64,000 nt of DNA, taken from an uncultured Clostridia bacterium. GTDB lineage: Bacteria > Bacillota > Clostridia > TANB77 > CAG-508. Below, in pieces: positions 9,711 through 19,692 of the stretch. The position numbers and the translations under genes were made by a program. The DNA is taken from assembly GCA_947623465.1 (NCBI GenBank), contig CANQGU010000001.1:83065-147064 (forward strand), written 5' to 3'. Below the pieces are notes generated by a model. It ran no database searches, was not told the origin of the DNA, and saw nothing but the letters and a program-made list of their open reading frames with translations. Position 1 is the stretch's first letter. Every line of letters starts with the position of its first letter.

Positions 9711-12700
9711 TTAACTTATCATATCAATTAAATTTTTAATGTAATTGTTATCAATATTATTCCACATAAATCCTTTTTTTGCAAGAAAATTAGTAGTTAA
9801 ATCATTTGTAACTTCAGTTAAATGTATATTTGTACTTTGCATATCATTTAAAAGGTGAGATGCAAGAGGACTTTTCAAGGTTTGAAGTTCATTAATAAAA
9901 TCTTTTGCATTTACATGGTTTAAATTTATTTTACCTTTTTTCAAAAAGTCTTTTAATGAAATTTGGTTATTATTATATATATGATAAATAGTTTGTTTTG
10001 AAGGACTTTGCATTATTTTCATAATAGCATTAGCACATAAATCAACAGGGCTAAAATCTATTAACAAATTTTCATACTCTTTAGTAATTTTTCCTAATTT
10101 TATTATTGTTTTTAGCCTACTAAACATTGCATTGTCTTTTGCATTTGGTTGAAATACGCTGTCACTATATCTTGGCATTATATTTCCAATTCTAAATATC
10201 TTTGCTTGTAATTTACTATTATTAATAGCAGAGAGAACATGATATTCTGCTAAATATTTAGTAATCATATATACATGATTATTGAAAGTTTGGTTTATAT
10301 TAAAATCATTTTCAGATAAAACGACATTTTCAGTATTTTCTTGATATCCACCAACAGAAACTGTTGATATGTGTGCAAGCTTAGAATTAGAATTTTTACA
10401 AAATTCTATAATATTTTGTACACCTTTAACATTTGATGCCATAAAACTTTGAAATTTTCCATAATGCTTTACATTTGCACCACAATGAATTACTGTTGTT
10501 ACTTTTTTTGTTAATTTTTTATACTGTTTTTCTTCTATGCCTAAATTTTCTAAAGAAAAATCTCCTGAAATTAATTTAACTTTATTTTTTGTTTCTTTTT
10601 TTAGGTCATCTTTAAAATAATAATTTAAAGCTTCTTTAAATCTATCTTCATAGCTTACATTTCCTTTATCTCTAACTAAAAGATAAATGTTTTCTACTTT
10701 ATTACATAAAAGTAATTCTCTTAAAATATGCATTCCTAAAAATCCAAGAGACCCTGTAAGTAAACAATTACTTAAATTAAAATCAAATTTTTCGTTTTTG
10801 ATATCAATTTTAGGTAAAATATTTTCAAAATGAGAAACTTTTAAATGTTTTTCAATTTTGTTACCTAATTGCTGAATAGTTGGATAATCGCTTATATCTT
10901 GAATAGATACATCATATTTATATAAATTTGAGCATAATTCCATACTGCTTAATGAATCCATATTTAAGTCATCAAAGAAATTGTCAGTAGTTGAAAATTC
11001 ATCATGTCCAACCATTTTTTTAATAATTTCATATATCTCTATTTCAAAAGTTGTTTTAGGTTCTATGATTTCCTTATTTTTTACACTTAATGTAGGTGCT
11101 GGAAGCTTTTTAGTGTCTATTTTTCCATTTATAGTAATTGGAAATTCATCCATTATTTTAAAATAATTTGGTACCATATATGTTGGCATATATTCTTTCA
11201 AGTAATTTTTTAAATCATCTATTGTAATTTCTTCTTTTGGAACTATATATGAGCAAATTTCTTTAGAGCCATTTATTGTTTGAATAATTGTTACACTATT
11301 TTTTATATTTGGGTAAGACAAAATAGTATTATTTATTTCATTAAGTTCTACTCTAAATCCTCTAATTTTAACTTGATTATCGATTCTTCCTATAAAATCT
11401 ATAGTTTTATTTTTATTCCATTTTACTAAATCACCTGTTTTATACATTATAGATGTTTTATCAAAAGGATTTTGTATAAATTTTTCTTTAGTTAAATTAT
11501 CTTTATTTAAATAGCCTCTAGAAACACCATCTCCTCCAACTAACAATTCTCCAGGAATTCCAAGAGGAAGTAAATTTCCAACTTTAGATGTAACAAAACA
11601 TGTTGTTCCTGAAATAGGTTTCCCTATTGGAATATTGTTTTCATATTTTTTATCTATATTAAAACAGCAGGTAAAAGTTGTGTTTTCTGTTGGTCCGTAA
11701 CCGTTTATGATTTTTAATTTCGGATTTGCAGACATAACTTTATTTATATGTTTTGGCGAAAGCACATCTCCACCAGTAAGTAAATATTTTACACCTTTAA
11801 AAAGTACAGGATTTATATCACTTAGCTGATTAAAAAGTGGTGCAGTAAGCCATAAAATACTTATCTTATTTTTTTGTATATATTTGCCTAAAAATATAGG
11901 ATTTAAAAGGTCTTCTTTTTTTAGTATGTAAAGCGGGAATCCATTTAATAATGCAGCCCATATCTCAAAAGTACATGCATCAAATACAATAGATCCTGTT
12001 TGTAAGATTTTTTCGGAATATGCAAATTTTATATAATTAGGTTTTTTAACTAATCTTATAATACTTTTTTGTTCTATCATAACCCCTTTTGGTCTACCTG
12101 TTGAGCCAGATGTATACATTACATAAGCAAGAGACGAAATAGACTTTGGTTTGTATATAAATAAGGACCTATTATATAAATTTAAAGCATCTGTACATAT
12201 TGTTTTGCATAAATCTGAAATTTTATCTCTTAATTTTAAAGTTGTTAAACAAAGCTTGCAGTTAGAATCTTTCAAAATATATTTAATTCGGTCTTGAGGA
12301 TAATCTATGTCTATTGGGACAAAAGCTGCATTTAATTTTAAAATAGCTAAAATACTTACAAATACTTCTATAGATTTATCGTAAAATAATGCTATTTTAT
12401 CCTCAAAATTAATACCAAAAGACGATAAATAATTTGCTAAGCTATCTGATAAATTATCTAAATCTTGGTATGATATTTTCTTGTCTTCAAAAACTAAAGC
12501 AGTTTTATGAGGTCTTTTTTGTACAACATCTTTAAAAATTTGTATTAAATCTTTATCTTTTGGGTATGAAAATGAATTGTTATTATAAACATTTAAAAGT
12601 TCATTTTTTTCATCATTAGTTATAATATCTATATTATGAATTAAAACTGCATCATTTGATATGACTTGTTTAAACATATCTATAATTCTTTTGTGCATTT

Positions 12701-13913
12701 TATCAATTTCTTGACTTGAAATTTTAGAAACTTTATAATCGTAAGAAACAATCAAACTTCCAGTTCCATCATTATCATGGAAGTGGACATTTAAAGTGTT
12801 TGATATATAATCTGTTCCATACCATTTTGCTATATATGGCACATCTATAGTATTATCAGTTGCGCCTGTTACTTGGTATGAAAGCATTATATCATACAAA
12901 TTAGGTATTGATTTATCTTTTTTTCTTATTTCATTTAAAATAAATTGATAATTATATTTTTGATGTTTTAACATTCCAAGAGTATCTTTGGAAATATTTT
13001 TTACAAACTCTTTAAACTCTATGTTATTGGAAATGTCTATTTTTAAAATGGATGTATTTATAAACATTCCTGATGTATGTTTTTCATTAAAGCTTGCTCT
13101 GTTTAAAACAGGAGTGCCTAAAGTAAAAGTTTCCATATTGTTTATTTGTCCAAAATATATTGCATAAATTGCAATTAAAAAATTATATAAGCTTATATTA
13201 TTTTTTAAACAATATTGTTTTATCTTATTTACTAAAACAATATCTAAAACAAATTCTTCTCTTTTTGCACAAGGACTGTCATTTGTAGTTGAATTTGCAG
13301 GCAAAAAAGTTGCAGCATCAGGAAGCGGATTTAAAAGCTCATCCCAATACTTTTTATCTTTTGAAAAACGAGAACTTGATAAATATTGTTTTTCAGAATT
13401 TATATAATCAACATAAGAATATGGTTTATCTTCAATAGGTTCATTTTTCAATAATTTAGAATAATTTTGCATAATTTCTGTTGCAAGAAGTGAAAGAGTT
13501 GCAGCATCAGAAATTATATGGTGGCTATTTATAATAAATCCACCAAAACCAGAAGGCAATTTGAAAAGCTTAAAGTTAAATAAGCGTGAGCCTAATAAAT
13601 CAAATTTAGTATTAACTTCTTTTTTAGCAAAGGTTTCAATTTGACTTTCTTTTTTTATATTAATTACTTCGAAATTATAGAATTCATCTTTTGTAAAATA
13701 CTGTACCAATTTAGTATCATCTAATTTAAATCTTAACTTAAAACTGTCATTGTTTTGTATAAAATAATTAATGGCTGTATTTAACAATTTTAAATCAACA
13801 TTTTCTTTTATAAGAACGCTTCCGCAAATGTTGTTAATTGTAGTGTTTTGGAAGTATTGTTCTGTAAGATAGATACTTTTTTGTGGATTTGTTAATTCAT
13901 AAATTTCTTCCAT
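9711..13913 (-). CDS. Single-module non-ribosomal peptide synthetase, C-A-T-R (terminal thioester reductase)
   Basis: C domain SHHIISDAAT. A domain motifs YVMYTSGSTGRPKGV, NGYGPTE, GELLVGGDGVSRGY, YKTGD, GRIDNQVKIRGFRVEL. PCP motif LNMDSLSS. Reductase LLTGSLGFLGMHILREL (Rossmann fold). Confidence 0.9.
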   Translation of the reverse strand: MEEIYELTNPQKSIYLTEQYFQNTTINNICGSVLIKENVDLKLLNTAINYFIQNNDSFKLRFKLDDTKLVQYFTKDEFYNFEVINIKKESQIETFAKKEVNTKFDLLGSRLFNFKLFKLPSGFGGFIINSHHIISDAATLSLLATEIMQNYSKLLKNEPIEDKPYSYVDYINSEKQYLSSSRFSKDKKYWDELLNPLPDAATFLPANSTTNDSPCAKREEFVLDIVLVNKIKQYCLKNNISLYNFLIAIYAIYFGQINNMETFTLGTPVLNRASFNEKHTSGMFINTSILKIDISNNIEFKEFVKNISKDTLGMLKHQKYNYQFILNEIRKKDKSIPNLYDIMLSYQVTGATDNTIDVPYIAKWYGTDYISNTLNVHFHDNDGTGSLIVSYDYKVSKISSQEIDKMHKRIIDMFKQVISNDAVLIHNIDIITNDEKNELLNVYNNNSFSYPKDKDLIQIFKDVVQKRPHKTALVFEDKKISYQDLDNLSDSLANYLSSFGINFEDKIALFYDKSIEVFVSILAILKLNAAFVPIDIDYPQDRIKYILKDSNCKLCLTTLKLRDKISDLCKTICTDALNLYNRSLFIYKPKSISSLAYVMYTSGSTGRPKGVMIEQKSIIRLVKKPNYIKFAYSEKILQTGSIVFDACTFEIWAALLNGFPLYILKKEDLLNPIFLGKYIQKNKISILWLTAPLFNQLSDINPVLFKGVKYLLTGGDVLSPKHINKVMSANPKLKIINGYGPTENTTFTCCFNIDKKYENNIPIGKPISGTTCFVTSKVGNLLPLGIPGELLVGGDGVSRGYLNKDNLTKEKFIQNPFDKTSIMYKTGDLVKWNKNKTIDFIGRIDNQVKIRGFRVELNEINNTILSYPNIKNSVTIIQTINGSKEICSYIVPKEEITIDDLKNYLKEYMPTYMVPNYFKIMDEFPITINGKIDTKKLPAPTLSVKNKEIIEPKTTFEIEIYEIIKKMVGHDEFSTTDNFFDDLNMDSLSSMELCSNLYKYDVSIQDISDYPTIQQLGNKIEKHLKVSHFENILPKIDIKNEKFDFNLSNCLLTGSLGFLGMHILRELLLCNKVENIYLLVRDKGNVSYEDRFKEALNYYFKDDLKKETKNKVKLISGDFSLENLGIEEKQYKKLTKKVTTVIHCGANVKHYGKFQSFMASNVKGVQNIIEFCKNSNSKLAHISTVSVGGYQENTENVVLSENDFNINQTFNNHVYMITKYLAEYHVLSAINNSKLQAKIFRIGNIMPRYSDSVFQPNAKDNAMFSRLKTIIKLGKITKEYENLLIDFSPVDLCANAIMKIMQSPSKQTIYHIYNNNQISLKDFLKKGKINLNHVNAKDFINELQTLKSPLASHLLNDMQSTNIHLTEVTNDLTTNFLAKKGFMWNNIDNNYIKNLIDMIS

Positions 13914-14013
13914 TTTTATATCACCTTTTTTAAAACTTCCGGTATTTTAAGGAAATTATATACTACTAAAAAAAAAATTGCAACACCTATTTTAGTTGCA
14001 AATTTTTATATTA

Positions 14014-14412
14014 TTATTTTTGTAACCTTAATATTATTTTTGGTACAAATATTAATAAGCCTATAACTGCTGAAGTAATTGCCAAAACTAAAACAGCACC
14101 TGCAGATATGTCTTTTGCTTTTTTTGCTCTTTTATCTTTGTATGGCATTGCAATATTTACAGTTGTTTCTATAGCAGTATTAAATAATTCTCCGGCAATT
14201 ACAATACCAAAAAGAATTATACATATAAACCATTCAGTTTTAGATATTTTTAAAAATACTCCAAGTACAATAACCAGTATCATAATAAAAACATGTATTT
14301 TCATATTTCTTTCAGCTTTAAAAGATTGAATAAAACCTTGAATTGCATATTTAAAACTATTTGCTAATTTTTTTGTTTTTACTTTAATTTTTCTTTTTTG
14401 TTTAAGGTTCAT
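14014..14412 (-). CDS. dgkA: Diacylglycerol/undecaprenol kinase family membrane protein
   Basis: 132 aa with three TM segments. The AERNMKIH and ELFNTAIE motifs are typical of the DagK family. Confidence 0.8.
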   Translation of the reverse strand: MNLKQKRKIKVKTKKLANSFKYAIQGFIQSFKAERNMKIHVFIMILVIVLGVFLKISKTEWFICIILFGIVIAGELFNTAIETTVNIAMPYKDKRAKKAKDISAGAVLVLAITSAVIGLLIFVPKIILRLQK

Positions 14413-14576
14413 TTTTTGCCCCCTTTATAATTACATTAAAATGCTATTTCTAAAAACATATTATCATAAAGTAAGATTGAAATTCAATATATATTTGTAA
14501 AATAAATTATATTTTAAGAAAAATATGGCAATACTAAAAATAAAAAGTTTTTTATATAGAAAGAATAGGGTTGATT

Positions 14577-15704
14577 ATGAAGAAAAAAAAGAAAAATAAT
14601 GTAAAAAGTAAAGCAGTTATTTGTATTTTGACTATAATAATAATTGTTTTTTCAATATACAACTTATATATAATGTATTCTAATATAGAAATAACAAACA
14701 ATTATGAAGCTGAAAGAACAGCATTTTCCACAGATTATGAAGAAACTGTGGAAAATGTAACCCAAAAAAGTGAAACTGTAGAGGATATGTTAGAAAAAGT
14801 AACAAAAAGTGTGGTGGGAATTTCGAGGCTTACAAATGCAGGAGGTTCAATTTTAAATAATGTTTCAAGTGATGAATTAGGATTAGGAACAGGTATAGTG
14901 GTAAGTCCTGACGGGTATATATTAAGCAATAGTCATGTAACAGGCGAAAAATATAGTACATGTTATGTAACAATAGATGAAAATACATATAAAGCAAATG
15001 TAGTATGGAGTGATTTAAATTTAGACTTATCAATGGCAAAAGTACATGCGAATAATTTAAGTTATGTAGAATTTGGAGATTCAAGTAATTTAAAAGTAGG
15101 AGAAACAGTTTATGCAATAGGAAATCCAATAGGTTACGCTTTTAGAAGAACAGTTACATCAGGAATAATTAGTGCATTAAATAGAACTATACAAATTGAC
15201 GAAGAAAAAGGTACAAGCTATATATCAGACTTAATACAAACAGATGCAACAATAAATCCGGGAAATAGTGGAGGACCACTAATTAATACAGGTGGCGAAG
15301 TAATAGGAATAAACACCGTAAAAATTACTTCTGCAGAGGGAATTGGTTTTGCAATTCCAATAAATGTTATAAAACCAGTTGTTGAAAGCTATATAACAAA
15401 AGGAGATTTTCAAGAAGCAACACTTGGCATTTATGCTTATGATGGAGATGTTGCAGAATATATGAATTTAAAAAACAAAAAAAGAAAAGGCATTTATGTT
15501 TCTAAAGTAACACTTAATGGTCCAAGTTATAATTCGGATTTAAAAGAGGGAGATTTAATAACAAGTATAGATGGAAATGTTTTAAATACCATAAATGACT
15601 TAAGGGAGTACATTTATAGTAAAATGCCGGGAGATATAGTAAAATTAAATATAGTAAGAGATGATAAAGATAAGGAAATAGAGTGTACTTTAGGCAAGAA
15701 ATAA
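14577..15704 (+). CDS. HtrA/DegP-like trypsin-family serine protease with a C-terminal PDZ domain
   Basis: N-terminal TM anchor, catalytic motifs SNSHV, DLSMAKV and GNSGGPL, and a PDZ-like tail (GDLITSIDG). Confidence 0.85.
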   Translation: MKKKKKNNVKSKAVICILTIIIIVFSIYNLYIMYSNIEITNNYEAERTAFSTDYEETVENVTQKSETVEDMLEKVTKSVVGISRLTNAGGSILNNVSSDELGLGTGIVVSPDGYILSNSHVTGEKYSTCYVTIDENTYKANVVWSDLNLDLSMAKVHANNLSYVEFGDSSNLKVGETVYAIGNPIGYAFRRTVTSGIISALNRTIQIDEEKGTSYISDLIQTDATINPGNSGGPLINTGGEVIGINTVKITSAEGIGFAIPINVIKPVVESYITKGDFQEATLGIYAYDGDVAEYMNLKNKKRKGIYVSKVTLNGPSYNSDLKEGDLITSIDGNVLNTINDLREYIYSKMPGDIVKLNIVRDDKDKEIECTLGKK

Positions 15705-15761
15705 GAAGTTGATAATTCATTGTTTTTATGCTAGTATAATAAAAAATCTTAGAGGTAAAAT

Positions 15762-16266
15762 ATGGTTTATTGTACAAATTACTTTTCTCCAATTGGAAAC
15801 TTGACTATAGCAAGTGATGGTGTAAATCTCATAGGACTTTGGATAGAAGGACAAAAATATTTTAAAAATACGATTTCAAGTCAAATACAAAAAAAGGATA
15901 ATTTAGAAATTTTTATTAAAACAAAAAAATGGTTAGATAGATATTTTAATGGAGAAAAACCACGGAAATACAGAACTTCCACTAAAACCAATGGGAACTG
16001 AGTTTAGAAGGTTAGTTTGGAAATTTCTTTTAGAGATTCCATATAGCAAAACTATAACTTATGGAGAAATATCAAAAAAAGTTGCAAAAGCAAAAAATAT
16101 AGAAAAAATGTCAGCACAAGCTATTGGTGGGGCAGTAGGACATAACCCTATATCTATTATAATACCTTGTCACAGAGTTATAGGTGCAAATGGCAGTTTA
16201 ACTGGATATGCAGGTGGAATTGAAATTAAGAGAAAATTGCTTGAGATAGAAGGAAAATTATATTAG
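15762..16266 (+). CDS. ogt: Methylated-DNA-protein-cysteine methyltransferase; requires C-GGA recoding at 15963-15965
   Basis: ORFs 15762-16001 and 15949-16266 join as YFNGEKP-G-NTELPLKPMGTEFRRLVW. PCHRV active site present. Length minus 1 nt equals 168 codons. Confidence 0.8.
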
Positions 16267-16347
16267 AATTCTTTTTTAAAAAAGATTTAATATATAAAAT
16301 ATTCTAGTATAATTTTAATGATGTACCTTCCTCAATTTACATAATAA

Positions 16348-16376
16348 TTGCTTTTTTTATAAAAATATGGTATAAT
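16348..16376 (+). promoter_or_regulatory. Sigma-A type promoter with an extended -10
   Basis: TTGCTT, 17 nt spacer ending in TGG, then TATAAT. About 58 nt upstream of the ATG at 16434. Confidence 0.55.
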
Positions 16377-16433
16377 TAAAATGTATATGAAACTGAAACA
16401 ATAACATCGCCTATAGGCAAGGAGGAAAACATT

Positions 16434-16715
16434 ATGGAATTATACGAGTTGAAGGTAATGAATGGTACATCAAGTCAGTTTTTAGGAATTGTTGAAGACC
16501 CTGAGTTTGTTGATGGAATCATGACAGCAACCAAAGTCGGTAACGCAGAATATTTAAGGTGTAAGCCTAGAAAAATTAAAGCAGTTGGGAATTATATTCT
16601 AGAAGAGTGTACCGAGTGCTTGGCGGAGCCGAGAAAAACAATGGTGGAGCAGAGAAAAACAAGTGAGGATCCGACAAAACAACTAGTTGCACAGAAGCGA
16701 CCGTTTCGTAATTAG
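16434..16715 (+). CDS. Hypothetical small protein (93 aa) in a locally GC-enriched segment
   Basis: AAGGAGG lies 7 nt upstream of the ATG, and the unit has its own promoter and terminator. I recognise no family. A near-repeat GGAGC(C/A)GAGAAAAACAA occurs twice in the 3' part. Confidence 0.45.
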   Translation: MELYELKVMNGTSSQFLGIVEDPEFVDGIMTATKVGNAEYLRCKPRKIKAVGNYILEECTECLAEPRKTMVEQRKTSEDPTKQLVAQKRPFRN

Positions 16716-16727
16716 CTCGCAAACGAG

Positions 16728-16760
16728 CCCCCAAAGGTTTAATTAAACTTTGGGGGTTTT
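16728..16760. terminator. Intrinsic terminator (GC-rich stem cccccaaag / ctttggggg plus T tract), shared by convergent genes
   Basis: The hairpin at 16728-16756 is followed by ttttcgcttt. Confidence 0.8.
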
Positions 16761-16767
16761 CGCTTTA

Positions 16768-17184
16768 TTATTTTTCTATTAAATTTTCAAATTTTTTACT
16801 AAATTCTGCATTATATTTTTTTAAATTAATTGGTTTTAAGTTCTTATTTGTAAAACAATGCTTTGTTTCTGCGATAATAACAGTTTCGCCTGTTTTTTTA
16901 TCTGTTACATCATACCCAATTGTCATCCTAACACCAGAATATTCTTTTACAAAAGGTCTAATTAGTATTGTATCTGCAAAAGTTACATGATGCTTATATG
17001 TGCAATTAACTCCTAAAACAGGTATTGTTATACCATTTTCTTCTAAAACAGAAAATGGCATATCTATTTCTTCTAGCCAATAACATCTTGATTCTTCTAA
17101 AAATCTAATATAATTTGAATGATGCACAATTCCCATTTTATCTGTTTCGTAATAATTAATTTTTCTTTCATATATGTAATTCAT
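16768..17184 (-). CDS. 4HBT/YbgC-type acyl-CoA thioesterase
   Basis: YYETDKMGIVHHSNYIRFLEESR hot-dog fold motif. Start moved to the ATG at 17184, which has GGAG 6 nt upstream. Confidence 0.8.
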   Translation of the reverse strand: MNYIYERKINYYETDKMGIVHHSNYIRFLEESRCYWLEEIDMPFSVLEENGITIPVLGVNCTYKHHVTFADTILIRPFVKEYSGVRMTIGYDVTDKKTGETVIIAETKHCFTNKNLKPINLKKYNAEFSKKFENLIEK

Positions 17185-17294
17185 AAAATACTCCAAACTC
17201 TACAATTTTATATTTTTCAATTATTATATTTTATAAATATTGATTAGTCAATGCTTTAAGAAAATTGACACTATCTCAATTAAAATCTATTATG

Positions 17295-17549
17295 TTATTT
17301 ATATTTTTTATAAATATCTCCTCTATTATCTGCATCTATAATTTTAATTAAAATTTTATCATTAATTATTATATATATAAAACGAAATTCACCGACTCTT
17401 AATCTATATAATTCTTGTTTTGCTTGCAGTTTTTTAGTATCTCCATTTGGTAACATATAAATAGCTTTATAAATTCGTTTTTGTTGTATCTTATCTTGCT
17501 TGTCAATAAACTTTTGAGCTTTTTTTTCAATTTCAATTTTGTATGTCAT
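17295..17549 (-). CDS. RelE/ParE-family type II toxin
   Basis: 84 aa with the pattern ...LYRLRVGEFRFIY...I..I..RGDIYK, overlapping the upstream partner gene. Confidence 0.7.
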   Translation of the reverse strand: MTYKIEIEKKAQKFIDKQDKIQQKRIYKAIYMLPNGDTKKLQAKQELYRLRVGEFRFIYIIINDKILIKIIDADNRGDIYKKYK

Positions 17550-17823
17550 TAATAGTCAACCCTGCTTTCTTTAGACATTGTTCAAAAGAGACTGCTTCTT
17601 CTTCATTTTTTTTTCTTTCTTCTTCACTTTTTGAATAATAATCGATTAACATTAACTTTTCTGTTGTATCCATATTTTCTAAAATAGCATCAGGAGCTAA
17701 CATTAATACTTTTATATCAAGTAACTTTTCAGCAAACTCTTTTAGAGTTTCTGTTTCTTTTAATGATAGTATATTTATAATGTTAGTAATATCAAGAATA
17801 TTTTGTTTTTTATTGTCACTCAT
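17533..17823 (-). CDS. Putative cognate antitoxin (acidic, 96 aa)
   Basis: Overlaps the toxin start by 17 nt. GGAG-type RBS precedes the ATG at 17823. Confidence 0.5.
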   Translation of the reverse strand: MSDNKKQNILDITNIINILSLKETETLKEFAEKLLDIKVLMLAPDAILENMDTTEKLMLIDYYSKSEEERKKNEEEAVSFEQCLKKAGLTINDIQN

Positions 17824-17860
17824 TAAAATCACACTCCAATATTATCTTTGGAAGTTTTTA

Positions 17861-17937
17861 TGGTGTGCCTAGAGGGATTCGAACCCCCGATCTCGGACTT
17901 CGTAGGCCCGCATTCTATCCAACTAAACTATAGGCAC
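17861..17937 (-). tRNA. tRNA-Arg (anticodon ACG), CCA encoded
   Basis: Reverse complement folds as a cloverleaf: acceptor GTGCCTA/TAGGCAC, anticodon stem CGGGC/GTCCG, loop CTACGAA, T-arm GGGGG-TTCGAAT-CCCTC, 3' ACCA. Confidence 0.9.
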
Positions 17938-18065
17938 ATATAAAAACCACCTTTATATTATACTTTGATTTTTGATATTTTGCAAGTATTTTTTTAAAAA
18001 GTCATAATATTTAACGATTTTTCATAAAATAAAAAAATCACCCTATAATTAGAGTGATTTTTTAT

Positions 18066-18761
18066 CTAATCTCTACTCTTTCCAAATAAAGATAAAATTC
18101 TTAAGAAAATGTTAATGAAATCTAAGTATAATTCCATAGCTCCATAAACATATAATTTTTCATCATCGCAAAATCCCATTTCTTGCATTGCTTTAATTTT
18201 ATTCATATCATAGACAGTAATTCCAAAAAATATAAATAAAATTGCCCAATCAAGTATAACATCTAACATTGTACTTCCAATGAAGAAGTTCACAATAGTT
18301 AAAACAATACCTATAAGTAATGCGATTGTAAGAATATTTCCCCAATTTGATAAATCTTTTTTTGTTTTGTATCCAATAAAAGACAAAATACCAAATAGGC
18401 CGGCTGTACCAAGAAATGCATAAGCTACAGATGTCATTTCATAAGCAGCAAATACAACAGCTAAAGTAAAGCCATTTAAAAATGCATATGCAAAGTACAG
18501 AACTGTAACAGCAGTTGGAGATAGTTTTTTAAATAATAAAGAAAAAACTATAACAACAACAAGTTCAACAATTGCTAAAATAAAATAATATCCATTAGCG
18601 ATAATGTTATAATACATACCTGAGTAATATGCATAAAAAGCAGTTACGGCACTTGCAAGCAAACCTAAAAACATTCTAAAAAATGTATTTGTTAAAACTG
18701 AGTTGGTGTCTACTGTACGTATAGCATCAGAATCATCATATGAATTCACTATTTTCACCAC
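18066..18761 (-). CDS. BAX inhibitor-1/YccA family membrane protein
   Basis: 231 aa with about seven TM helices. FLRKVY-like N-terminal region (FFRMFLGLL) and a C-terminal LYLDFINIFL motif. Confidence 0.75.
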   Translation of the reverse strand: MVKIVNSYDDSDAIRTVDTNSVLTNTFFRMFLGLLASAVTAFYAYYSGMYYNIIANGYYFILAIVELVVVIVFSLLFKKLSPTAVTVLYFAYAFLNGFTLAVVFAAYEMTSVAYAFLGTAGLFGILSFIGYKTKKDLSNWGNILTIALLIGIVLTIVNFFIGSTMLDVILDWAILFIFFGITVYDMNKIKAMQEMGFCDDEKLYVYGAMELYLDFINIFLRILSLFGKSRD

Positions 18762-18817
18762 CTTTTTATAAAGATATTATTATAATAACATATTTATAAA
18801 AAATAATCCACAAATTT

Positions 18818-19448
18818 TTAAATATTTGAAAAATATTTTATTCCATTTTTTATGGCATTTGCTTTAAAAATCACTTTTCCATATTCATCTAGTTTGCTTT
18901 TTAATGTATTTGAGTTACTAATTAAATTAGAAAACTCAGAAATAGATATATAAAATAACTTTAAATATTTAAAATCTAAATTAATATTAGTAAATATTAA
19001 ATAAAATAAGCTATTATATTCATATAAAGAAATATTTTTTGCAAAATTTGTTAAGTCTTTTAATTTTGAACTATTACAATATGTACAGAAGTTACAAAAT
19101 TCTTCAAAATTGTCGAACTTATATATTGAACATTTAGAAGAACTATCTGGAACTTTTCTTTTAAACTTAACTTTTTTTGATGTATTTGTAGAAGTTACCT
19201 CATTTTTATATCTTGTTAAAGTAAATACAATAAAACCTTCTGATGTAAAAAAAGCCTCAACAAGTAATCTACAATTTTGTACTTTAAAACCAACTTGTTT
19301 TTCTGCTTCACTTAAAATTGTTTGAAAAAGAGAACCGAGAAGCATCTTTATTTTTGGCAAAACTATGTATATCTATATCATTTTCAGGAAGTTCATCAAG
19401 ATTGATTATTATTCTAATTTTGTTGTCTGTAAGCTTTTCAATTTTCAT
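18818..19448 (-). CDS. mecA: MecA-like Clp adaptor protein; requires C-GGT recoding at 19337-19335
   Basis: The ATG at 19448 has a GGAGG RBS. The 0-frame gives MKIEKLTDNKIRIIINLDELPENDIDIHSFAKNKDAS, then an in-frame CGG and a stop 9 codons later. The +1 frame continues G-SLFQTILSEAEKQVGF...LDEYGKVIFKANAIK (MecA-like N and C termini). Length minus 1 nt equals 210 codons. Confidence 0.7.
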
Positions 19449-19692
19449 ATAAAAATATCCTCCTAAGTATTATATGTTAAAAAATTATATCTGCTAAAAA
19501 TATTATACTATAAAATTTATATTATTTAAAGCCACAAATTTTTCCATTAAATTTTATAAATCACACATACAATAACATAAAAAATAAAAAAAATCTACAT
19601 TTTGCTTGAAAAAATTATAAAATCAATATATAATATAAAAGTCACATAAACTAAAAATCCGTAAGAAAAGAAAAAACAAAGGAGGAATAAAT

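Noticed and set aside
16383-16765. The GC-enriched segment as RNase P RNA, tmRNA, SRP RNA or 6S RNA.
   Set aside because: I could not find the universal cores: GGAAAGUCC-type P4 for RNase P, a tRNA-like 3' end with GGUUCGAAUCC...CCA or a tag ORF for tmRNA, or the SRP GGAA/AGCA motif region. A well-placed RBS plus ORF is present.
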